Source: Candidatus Nanopelagicales bacterium (GTDB taxonomy: Bacteria > Actinomycetota > Actinomycetes > S36-B12). Taken from it: a stretch of DNA of 64,000 nucleotides. Location of the stretch: assembly GCA_017857705.1 (NCBI GenBank), contig JAFMCP010000002.1:7506-71505 (forward strand), given 5' to 3'. Made by a program: the position numbers and the translations under genes. Shown piece after piece: positions 20,745 to 28,140 of this stretch. Below the pieces are notes generated by a model that saw nothing but the letters and a program-made list of their open reading frames with translations, did not search any database and had not been told where the DNA came from. Within the stretch, counting starts at the first letter, position 1, and the number at the start of each line of letters is the position of its first letter.

Positions 20745-21395
20745 CTAAGCGCCAGCGATCTTGCTGGCCTTTTCAAGTAGGTCCCGTGAGGGTTCCGAAT
20801 AAGTTATGGCGACCAAGTCCTGGTTGTCAAAAGTCAGAGATGTTAGAGACGCCAACGTGCATTGGCGCGAGCGCGGGTCATGCCACAGCCTTCGACGCTC
20901 CGCCGAAAGCCGAGCGACCCAAATGGGCAATTGATGACTCACGAGGACGGCTTCACGGCCCTGTGCAGCAAGCCGCGCAGACTCAATGGCAGCGTTCATG
21001 CGAGATGCCACGATGTCGTAGGGCTCCCCCCATGAAGGTTTAAAGGGGTTCCACAGATGAGGCCAGGTCTTTGGTTGCTTGAGTACACCGTCGCCGACGC
21101 TCACTCGTTTACCCTCGAAAATATTTTCGGCTTCTATCAAATCATCATTAGTGACAATTGCCAGATTGTGACTCAGAGCGATCGGATTCGCGGTCTGCTG
21201 GGCACGCTCCATTGGCGAAGAAATGACGGTAGCTATATCGCGCTGGGCGAGCGCAGTGGCAGCGCGTTCAGCCATTTCCAGCCCGAGATCGCTGAGGTAA
21301 TAACCTGGAAGGCGGCCGTACAACACGCCCTCCGGGTTGTAAACCTCACCATGCCGGAGCAGGTGAACGGTCGTGTGACCCGATGATGCTGCCAC
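20745..21395 (-). CDS. Histidine phosphatase family protein (phosphoglycerate-mutase-like)
   Basis: HLLRHGEV (RHG catalytic motif) near the N-terminus. I chose the GTG start at 21395; the ORF track extends to 21452, overlapping cobA/hemD. Confidence 0.8.
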   Translation of the reverse strand: MAASSGHTTVHLLRHGEVYNPEGVLYGRLPGYYLSDLGLEMAERAATALAQRDIATVISSPMERAQQTANPIALSHNLAIVTNDDLIEAENIFEGKRVSVGDGVLKQPKTWPHLWNPFKPSWGEPYDIVASRMNAAIESARLAAQGREAVLVSHQLPIWVARLSAERRRLWHDPRSRQCTLASLTSLTFDNQDLVAITYSEPSRDLLEKASKIAGA

Positions 21396-21400
21396 GTTTT

Positions 21401-23140
21401 TTACTTCGTGCTCTTGCGTCGCGCGACAGGCCTGCGACGACTTGGACGCCAAGATACCTCACCGTTAGCAAGTGCAGCGTCACGCAAACTTTCAGCGTGG
21501 ACCGAGAGTGCATCAACAAGAGCAAGCGGGGTGTTGACCTCCGCCAGCACGTCGACTCGAAGGCCATGCTCCGCTGCGGTCTTTGCAGTCTGTGGACCGA
21601 TGCAAGCGACCACCGTCGTTGCGTGTGGCTTGCCTGCGATACCAACAAGATTGCGAACTGTACTGCTGGATGTGAAAAGAACTGCATCAAACCCACCGGT
21701 CTTGATCGCTTCGCGCGTTTGCGCGGGGGGCGGAGCCGCCCGAACAGTACGAAATGCCGTGATGTCTTCAACCTCCCAGCCAAGTTCAGTCAGGCCAGCC
21801 ACCAAGGTATCCGTTGAAATATCGGCTCTCGGAAGGAAAATTCGATTAATTGGATCGGTCAGGCTGTCATAGGGAGGCCATTCCTCCATGAGTGCCGTGG
21901 TGTTTTGATCACCCGGTGGGACCAAGTCTGGCTTGACCCCAAATTCGATGAGTGCCGCGATGGTTGAAGCGCCCACTGCTGCGACCTTAAGTCCGGAGAA
22001 CGAGCGGGCGTCAAGACCGTATTCTTCAAGTTTTTCCCGAATCGCGCGAACAGCATTCAGCGAGGTGAAACCCACCCAGGCATAGCGACCAGATACCAGT
22101 CCGTTCACTGCACGATCCATTTGCTGGGGAGTACGAGGAGGTTCAACTGAAATTGTTGCAACTTCACTGGGAACCGCTCCATGCGCCTTAAGCACCTGAA
22201 TCATTTCCGCAGTGTTGTCCTGGGTTCGAGGAATCAAGACGCGCCAGCCGACCAATTCTTTCTTTTCAAACCAGTTGTACTTCTCTCGTTGGTCGATTAC
22301 CTCACCGACCACAACAAAACCTGGCCCAGAATCTTTTGACCCTTTCAGCAGGGCAGCTACTGAACCTAGGGTTGACACCGTGGTTCGTTGATCTACCGTC
22401 GTGCCGTTGCGGGTAAGCGCGATTGGCGTTAACGGATCACGTCCCGCCTTGAGTAGCTTGTCCGCGATTGTGGCTACTAAATCGCCGCTCTCGAGAAACA
22501 CCAGAGTTTCACGTGGATTTACTAGGCCATCCCACTCAATCCCCGAATCTGCTCCATTGAGAATTCGGACTTCATTGGATTTTCCTCCCGTGAGATTGAA
22601 TCCCGCGAAGGCTGGTATTCCTGTGACTTCGCTGACTCCGGGCACGATCTCAAAATTGGCATGGGAGCGGCGAAGCACCGATATCTCGGGAATCAAACGG
22701 CCCGAGATGATTGGATCACCGATCACCAGACGCACTACCAACTGGGCTTCGCGTGCACAGTCGAGAACCAATTTGGCAGTCTCGGCTGGTTCGAGTTCGA
22801 CTTCATCTTCACCGAGAGTGCTCACAACCTTGTCTTGGGGAACATAAGCCAACGCGACATGCAAAGCTTGTGAATCCGCGACAATTTTGTCGGCAGATTT
22901 CAACAATCGAAGGGCGCGAACTGTCAATAGTTCAGGATCGCCGGGACCTGCCGCAATGAAAACTATGGATCCAAGAGTTGCCTTTTTTCGCGGGGCGGTT
23001 GGTGTGACCGCCACTCCTTCGATAACGGCAGGTTTCGCTGCGCGCTTCACCACTGATTTTTTTTCTGATGTCACTTCGACTGCCTCTTTAGTTGATGTTG
23101 CGTTGGACTTTGACTTTGTACCTCGTGCAGTTGTACTCAT
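21401..23140 (-). CDS. Bifunctional uroporphyrinogen-III C-methyltransferase / uroporphyrinogen-III synthase
   Basis: 579 aa. Lys/Ala/Thr-rich first ~55 aa, then the tetrapyrrole methylase motif FIAAGPGDPELLTVRA, then a HemD-like C-terminal half. Start overlaps the rex stop (ATGA). Confidence 0.8.
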   Translation of the reverse strand: MSTTARGTKSKSNATSTKEAVEVTSEKKSVVKRAAKPAVIEGVAVTPTAPRKKATLGSIVFIAAGPGDPELLTVRALRLLKSADKIVADSQALHVALAYVPQDKVVSTLGEDEVELEPAETAKLVLDCAREAQLVVRLVIGDPIISGRLIPEISVLRRSHANFEIVPGVSEVTGIPAFAGFNLTGGKSNEVRILNGADSGIEWDGLVNPRETLVFLESGDLVATIADKLLKAGRDPLTPIALTRNGTTVDQRTTVSTLGSVAALLKGSKDSGPGFVVVGEVIDQREKYNWFEKKELVGWRVLIPRTQDNTAEMIQVLKAHGAVPSEVATISVEPPRTPQQMDRAVNGLVSGRYAWVGFTSLNAVRAIREKLEEYGLDARSFSGLKVAAVGASTIAALIEFGVKPDLVPPGDQNTTALMEEWPPYDSLTDPINRIFLPRADISTDTLVAGLTELGWEVEDITAFRTVRAAPPPAQTREAIKTGGFDAVLFTSSSTVRNLVGIAGKPHATTVVACIGPQTAKTAAEHGLRVDVLAEVNTPLALVDALSVHAESLRDAALANGEVSWRPSRRRPVARRKSTK

Positions 23141-23838
23141 GCGATCTCCGCATGGATGTGTTGCTCCTGCAAGTTGTGGACCGAATCAGATCTTTGATCA
23201 TGGAATGCCAGTATTTGGAGTTCAACAGCCAAATCAACTTTTCTGACCTCTACCTGTTCGGGAACGTTAAGAACGACTGGTGCAAAGTTCAAGATGCTCA
23301 CCAATCCAGCCTGAATCATGAGGTCTGCAATCTCTTGCGCCGAGTCAGCTGGCGTTGTGATTACTCCTATGTTGACATCACTTTGGGAAACAATCGTCGG
23401 TAATTCACCAACTGGCATAACAGTGAAGGACTCTTGTCCACAATCAATGGCGTTGCCGACCAATTCATGATCTCGATCAAAGATCCCAACAATGTGAAAT
23501 CCTCGGCCGCCAAATGCCCGGTATGACGCAAGGGCCCGGCCCAAATTCCCCATACCCACAATGACGATACCGCGCGACTTGGTAACACCTAATTCGCGAG
23601 CGATTTGAAAAGTGAGATAAGAAACGTTGTACCCCACCCCACGGGTTCCAAATGAACCTAGGTGGGAAAGATCTTTGCGTAATTTGGCCGAACTGACTCC
23701 ACATGCCGCCGCCAACTCTTCGCTTGCAATTGTGGTTACGCCCTGCGAACCAAAACTTGCCAACACTCTGTGATAAATCGGTAGTCGGGCAATAGTTGCG
23801 GCTGGTATCGCACCTGCCTTGCGGTTGGGAAGGGTCAC
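23137..23838 (-). CDS. rex: Redox-sensing transcriptional repressor Rex
   Basis: 233 aa. Winged-helix motifs RLPIYHRVL and KLRKDLSHLGSFGTRGVGYNV, plus the Rossmann motif IVIVGMGNLGRAL. Confidence 0.95.
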   Translation of the reverse strand: MTLPNRKAGAIPAATIARLPIYHRVLASFGSQGVTTIASEELAAACGVSSAKLRKDLSHLGSFGTRGVGYNVSYLTFQIARELGVTKSRGIVIVGMGNLGRALASYRAFGGRGFHIVGIFDRDHELVGNAIDCGQESFTVMPVGELPTIVSQSDVNIGVITTPADSAQEIADLMIQAGLVSILNFAPVVLNVPEQVEVRKVDLAVELQILAFHDQRSDSVHNLQEQHIHAEIA

Positions 23839-23913
23839 TATTTTTACCTCTAGTCAGAGAACATGTACCTGACACGTTCACGGGTGATTGCGGCCTTGTG
23901 AAGAAGGCGAACT

Positions 23914-23933
23914 CTATTCACCTAGGTGAATAG
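23914..23933. promoter_or_regulatory. Perfect 20-bp palindrome CTATTCACCT/AGGTGAATAG (operator or hairpin)
   Basis: Read directly from the sequence. Lies 76-95 nt upstream of the rex start and 40 nt downstream of the glutaredoxin-like gene stop. TTGTGAA (23896-23902) lies next to it. Confidence 0.4.
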
Positions 23934-23972
23934 ATATCAAATATTACCGGACACCGTTGTCCGATAAACGAA

Positions 23973-24218
23973 CTATTGGTTGAGTTTGGTAATTAAACGC
24001 TCACGATTGACCCGCCAAAAATCAAATGGTTGGCCATCTACCAAGATCACTGGGATTTTTTCCCAGTACATATCGGCTAATTCGGGGTCATCAGTAATTG
24101 AGAGCACCTGGAATACCTGCTCGGTTTCTTGACACACCTGAGATACCACTTCAATAGCCTGCTCACACAAGTGACAATCCGGCTTCCCAACAACGGTCAC
24201 ACGCGGTAAATCACTCAA
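23973..24218 (-). CDS. Glutaredoxin-like small thiol-disulfide protein
   Basis: 81 aa. GKPDCHLCEQA CxxC motif near the N-terminus. 4-nt overlap with the upstream ligase gene. Confidence 0.8.
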   Translation of the reverse strand: MSDLPRVTVVGKPDCHLCEQAIEVVSQVCQETEQVFQVLSITDDPELADMYWEKIPVILVDGQPFDFWRVNRERLITKLNQ

Positions 24219-25903
24219 TCTTGCTCAACCGATTCACCAGTGACCTCAGTTCCTAAAGATTCAACCCCTAAAGACTCAACCCCTAAAGACTCAACCCCTA
24301 AAGACTCAACCCCATACACCTCACGGAGTCGACCTTTTGCGATTTTGCCGGTCGCAGACCTTGGTAAATTCGACACAATCCGAATGCGTGTTGGGCACTT
24401 AAACCGAGCGAGAGTTTGGGCAACCGCTGCCCCAATGGATTCCGCGGTCGCAGTGGAGCCAGAAACTAAGACGACTAGAGCGGTCACGGCCTCACCCGTT
24501 TCCGGATCGGGCCGACCAAGAACTGCTGCCTCAGCGACATCGGCGAGCGCTTCCAGAGCCACTTCAACCTCGCGCGGGAAAACATTGAACCCGTTAACAA
24601 TAATTAGTTCCCTGCGGCGGTCAACCAAGTGCAATGCACCATCTTCATCTTGGTAACCGATGTCACCGGTGCCAAACCACCCATCGGAGTCCGGACCGTT
24701 GTCTCGATCCGGCCAATAGCCGAGAAAAACCCCAGGACCCTTAACCCAAATTTCACCCGGATCACCAAACTCTGCTTCGTCTCCCGAGTCAGCCATAATT
24801 CGAATACTTGTTCCCGCAATGGGTAGACCCACACAACCTGCTCTTGCCCGAGAATTGACCACGGTCGAAGTGATTACGGGTGACGTCTCAGTCATGCCGT
24901 AGCCCTCAAAAATTCGCAAACCGGTGAGTTCTTCAAAGCGATTAAAAACCTCGATGGGTAGCGGGGCTCCGCCACTTGACAGCAGCCTGACGGGTCGCAT
25001 TGCTTGAGCAACGCTGGGAACCCGCGACCAAAATAAGTACATTGCGGGTGCACCTGCAACTGTGGTTACATGCTCCCGCGCAATTACTTCCAACGATTCG
25101 GATGCATCAAAACGGTCAAGAATTACAACTGAGGCGCCCGCAGCGAGCGCCATCGTCAAAACTGTATTCAAGCCATAAATGTGGAATAAAGGCAAAACAG
25201 CCAGAATCGTATCTTCCGCACTCACGATTGGAGGATTTCGCAACTCCAACAAAGCAGAGACGTTGCTCACCAAATTTGCGTTTGTCAGCATTACGCCTTT
25301 AGGAGTTCCATCTGATCCAGACGTGAACAAAAGTAGTCCGAGGTCATCAGTTGCAATCTTTGGAAAATCCATTTGGACTTCCGGCTTTCGGATGAGACTT
25401 TTGATCGACTCCTTTAAAAAGGCGCGAATCGAATCACGATTAGATGTGATCTCCTGACACAACATCGCTGGGCAAGAGTCCGGAGCTGAGTCTGCGCCTA
25501 ACTCAGCAAACTCTGCGGACACCAAGAGAACCTTTGCCTCAGAGATTTCCAAGATTTCGCCAATTTCACGTGAGGTGTAACCGGGATTCAAAGGAATGGG
25601 AACAAGACCTGCGCGGACAATTCCAAAATAGGAAACCACGAACTCGATTGAGTTGCCCATCAGTATTGCTACACGGTCTCCTGAACGAGAAGGGATCAGC
25701 CCACTTTCCAGTAATGCTGCTGCCGTTGCGCTCACCTGCGAATCCAAAACAGCGTACGAGACGCGTTCCCCGGTATGGGCTTCAATTAATGCGACCCGAT
25801 CTGGATCACTGAGCGCCGAATTCGCCAAGAAGTCCGAAACAGTCACAACGTCATTGAAGAGGCCGGGCCGGTTTGACGAGTTCACGGATGCAGTTTGACA
25901 CAT
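24215..25903 (-). CDS. AMP-dependent acyl-CoA synthetase/ligase (FadD-like) with a C-terminal (GVESL)4 repeat
   Basis: Motifs FTSGSDGTPKGV, GYGMTE and SATGKI (A10 Lys). I chose the start at MCQTASVNSS (ATG 25903); the ORF-track 5' extension to 26089 is Arg-rich and looks non-coding. Confidence 0.85.
   Translation of the reverse strand: MCQTASVNSSNRPGLFNDVVTVSDFLANSALSDPDRVALIEAHTGERVSYAVLDSQVSATAAALLESGLIPSRSGDRVAILMGNSIEFVVSYFGIVRAGLVPIPLNPGYTSREIGEILEISEAKVLLVSAEFAELGADSAPDSCPAMLCQEITSNRDSIRAFLKESIKSLIRKPEVQMDFPKIATDDLGLLLFTSGSDGTPKGVMLTNANLVSNVSALLELRNPPIVSAEDTILAVLPLFHIYGLNTVLTMALAAGASVVILDRFDASESLEVIAREHVTTVAGAPAMYLFWSRVPSVAQAMRPVRLLSSGGAPLPIEVFNRFEELTGLRIFEGYGMTETSPVITSTVVNSRARAGCVGLPIAGTSIRIMADSGDEAEFGDPGEIWVKGPGVFLGYWPDRDNGPDSDGWFGTGDIGYQDEDGALHLVDRRRELIIVNGFNVFPREVEVALEALADVAEAAVLGRPDPETGEAVTALVVLVSGSTATAESIGAAVAQTLARFKCPTRIRIVSNLPRSATGKIAKGRLREVYGVESLGVESLGVESLGVESLGTEVTGESVEQD
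24252..24311. repeat. 15-bp tandem repeat x4 (CCTAAAGACTCAACC), in frame within the ligase 3' end
   Basis: Units at 24252, 24267, 24282 and 24297. The first unit has one mismatch. On the minus strand they encode GVESL x4. Confidence 0.95.
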
Positions 25904-25941
25904 ATCCTGATCCGGGGACACAAGGTGAGTATTCTTGACGT

Positions 25942-26835
25942 GTGTCGCTGGAAAATGCCCCTGAGAAAAGTAATGTCTTAGGCGCCTATCGCGAATCCGG
26001 CGTGGCTTCGGCCGCCGCAGCCTACGACTCGCGAAGCAGCGAGCGCCATAGCGCGTCCACTGCGGCATTCTTTGATGTTGATAACACAATCATGCGCGGC
26101 GCTTCCCTCTTCCACTTTGCAGCGGGCCTCGCCAAACTGAAATATTTCTCCGGACGGGAAATCTTCGGTTTCGGCGTTAAACAGATGAAATTTGTACTCT
26201 CAGGATCTGAGGATCTCGAAGATGTTGCCTCGGCAACCGCCGCTGCCCTGTCATTCGTCCAAGGTCGCAGTGTCAAAGAACTCACCCAGCTCAGTGAAAT
26301 TGTTTTCGATGATCGAATGGTGGACAAACTCATACCGGGAACTCTGGCCATCGCGCAAGAACACATTGATGCCGGAGTTGATGTTTGGTTGGTGACTGCA
26401 ACACCCGTAGAACTTGCCAACCTACTTGCTAGACGCCTTGGACTAACAGGGGCACTAGGTACCGTTTCTCAAACAGAAAATGGAATCTATACGGGACAAT
26501 TAGTTGGCTACCCACTTCACGGGCTCGCAAAAGCTGAGGCCGTACGTGCGCTAGCAGCTAGTGAGCATTATGACCTATCAACGTGCTTCGCCTATTCAGA
26601 CTCGGCAAATGACATCCCGATGCTGTCAACGGTCGGTTTTCCGACTGCAATTAACCCTGATCCCGAACTACGCGCTTATGCAAAGAAGATGGACTGGGAA
26701 GTCAGCGACTTTCGAAGGCGCGCTCAATTGCGCGCAAATGCGATTCCTGCAGCGGTAACCGCGGCGGGGATCGCGGCAGGACTCACAGCAGGTTATGCCC
26801 TAGGACGAGTCGCGCGCAGTTCAAAAAATACTTGA
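25942..26835 (+). CDS. HAD-IB family hydrolase (SerB-like phosphatase) with a C-terminal hydrophobic segment
   Basis: 297 aa. FFDVDNTIMRG (DxDxT) and SDSANDIPML motifs. Confidence 0.8.
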   Translation: MSLENAPEKSNVLGAYRESGVASAAAAYDSRSSERHSASTAAFFDVDNTIMRGASLFHFAAGLAKLKYFSGREIFGFGVKQMKFVLSGSEDLEDVASATAAALSFVQGRSVKELTQLSEIVFDDRMVDKLIPGTLAIAQEHIDAGVDVWLVTATPVELANLLARRLGLTGALGTVSQTENGIYTGQLVGYPLHGLAKAEAVRALAASEHYDLSTCFAYSDSANDIPMLSTVGFPTAINPDPELRAYAKKMDWEVSDFRRRAQLRANAIPAAVTAAGIAAGLTAGYALGRVARSSKNT

Positions 26836-27576
26836 ACGGTGCGAAAGTAATTCACGAATCGTTTGCGTGAGTTGGTTACGCACGTAATCCGAACAAGCAA
26901 AAGCATCAAGGGGGTTATCCGATTGTGGTGGGGCAACTGGTGCGCCAAATGAAATGGTCCATCGACTTGGAAATGGAATTAGCCCTAATGGTCCCAAAGC
27001 CGGGAAAGTAGGCGTAACCGGTAAATAGGGAAAGCCAGCCCAATCAAGTATTCCTTCGACCCTAGCCAGCAGTGGATACGCTTCTTCGGCTCCAATTACA
27101 GCGGTTGGAATTATCGGGACATTGTTGATTGCAGCGAGCCTGGCAAATCCCGCCCTTCCAAACCCCTGCAGTTGATACCGATGCTCAATTGTTTTTCCTA
27201 CCCCGTTAACACCTTCGGGCCAAACCCCAACTAACGCTCCGGCCTGCAACAGCTCATTGGCACTCTCAAAATTTGCTGGATGCACATTCAGGTGAGACAT
27301 AACTTCACGCATGGGGTCTTGGAAAAGAAAGTCAGCACCAAGAAGGTGCAGAACTCGCGTTGAGTTGACTTCAAGTGCATGAACAACCATCAGCGCATCA
27401 ATTGCGAAAGCCCCTGCGTGGTTGCAGACGATGAGTGCTGCCCCTTGTTCCGGGATATTTTCCGAACCAATCACTCTTGTCCGGAACCACTCGCGGTAAA
27501 TCGGGTCAAGAATCCTGTCAAAATGGTGACGAACAGGCGCCTCGCCGGTAACCGCATGGCTAGGGAGATTGTCCAT
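26821..27576 (-). CDS. Lysophospholipid/glycerolipid acyltransferase family protein
   Basis: 251 aa. VCNHAGAFAIDAL and VWPEG motifs resemble PlsC-type acyltransferases, but the spacing of the His...Asp motif is atypical. Confidence 0.6.
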   Translation of the reverse strand: MDNLPSHAVTGEAPVRHHFDRILDPIYREWFRTRVIGSENIPEQGAALIVCNHAGAFAIDALMVVHALEVNSTRVLHLLGADFLFQDPMREVMSHLNVHPANFESANELLQAGALVGVWPEGVNGVGKTIEHRYQLQGFGRAGFARLAAINNVPIIPTAVIGAEEAYPLLARVEGILDWAGFPYLPVTPTFPALGPLGLIPFPSRWTISFGAPVAPPQSDNPLDAFACSDYVRNQLTQTIRELLSHRSSIF

Positions 27577-27606
27577 CTCAAACTTCTCGGCGGAGGGGCC
27601 TTACGA

Positions 27607-27708
27607 CTACTTCTTCTTGTTTCTGCGCTGGACTCGGGTGCGACGCAGCAGTTTGCGGTGCTTCTTCTTAGCCATCCGCTTGCGACGCTTCTTGATTACT
27701 GAGCCCAT
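27607..27708 (-). CDS. 30S ribosomal protein bS22 (33 aa)
   Basis: Too short for the ORF track. My own translation gives [38 protein letters not shown] Shine-Dalgarno about 10 nt upstream. Sits in the conserved position after proC and the small HTH gene, as in mycobacteria. Confidence 0.9.
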   Translation of the reverse strand: MGSVIKKRRKRMAKKKHRKLLRRTRVQRRNKKK

Positions 27709-27813
27709 TAATAATTTCCTTACTTGAAGTGCGTGAAGTAAATGTGGTGTAAAGCGAAGTGCAGTCTATCTATGATCGTTCACTGCCTGTGTTGCGAGGC
27801 TACCTGAACACCT

Positions 27814-28011
27814 TTATGCGGTTTCAATGTATGAATCGCGGAGGTAATCCTGAACTGCTTGCTCCGGGACTCGGAATGAGCGACCAACCCTGACGGCTGT
27901 TAAATCGCCATTGTGTACGAGACGATAAACCGTCATCTTTGAGACCCGCATTACTCCGGCTACCTCGGCCACGGTGAGAAAACGAACATCACCAAAAGCT
28001 GCTGTTGACAT
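27814..28011 (-). CDS. Small excisionase-family helix-turn-helix DNA-binding protein
   Basis: 65 aa from MSTAAFGDVRFLTVAEVAGVMRVSKMTVYRLVHNGDL. The ORF-track start at 28122 looks like an over-extension. Conserved partner of proC and bS22 in Actinobacteria. Confidence 0.8.
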   Translation of the reverse strand: MSTAAFGDVRFLTVAEVAGVMRVSKMTVYRLVHNGDLTAVRVGRSFRVPEQAVQDYLRDSYIETA

Positions 28012-28140
28012 GCGGTGCTCCATTTTTCGATAGACGTTTTTGGGAAAATTTCCCGAGTCAGGACTACCGAACAATAGTCGGTCGACCTGGAGTGGCGCGA
28101 GCAGATACCCCAAAAAGTTCAAAATTTTCGATTGGACACG

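Noticed and set aside
21346-21872. Three overlapping 144-154-aa ORFs (21346-21783 minus, 21383-21817 plus, 21408-21872 plus).
   Set aside because: All lie within the HemD-like half of the cobA/hemD gene in other frames, and their translations are Arg/Ser/Ala-rich and low in complexity. I treat them as shadow ORFs.
24252-24311. I considered whether the 15-bp repeats here and the 9-bp repeats at 40902-40935 could be a CRISPR array.
   Set aside because: The units are directly tandem with no spacers, far shorter than CRISPR repeats, and no cas genes are present. The first set is in-frame coding sequence.
28042-28054. GGGAAA-A-TTTCCC small inverted repeat about 31 nt upstream of the small HTH gene.
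   Set aside because: 6-bp arms are too short to distinguish from chance without conservation data.
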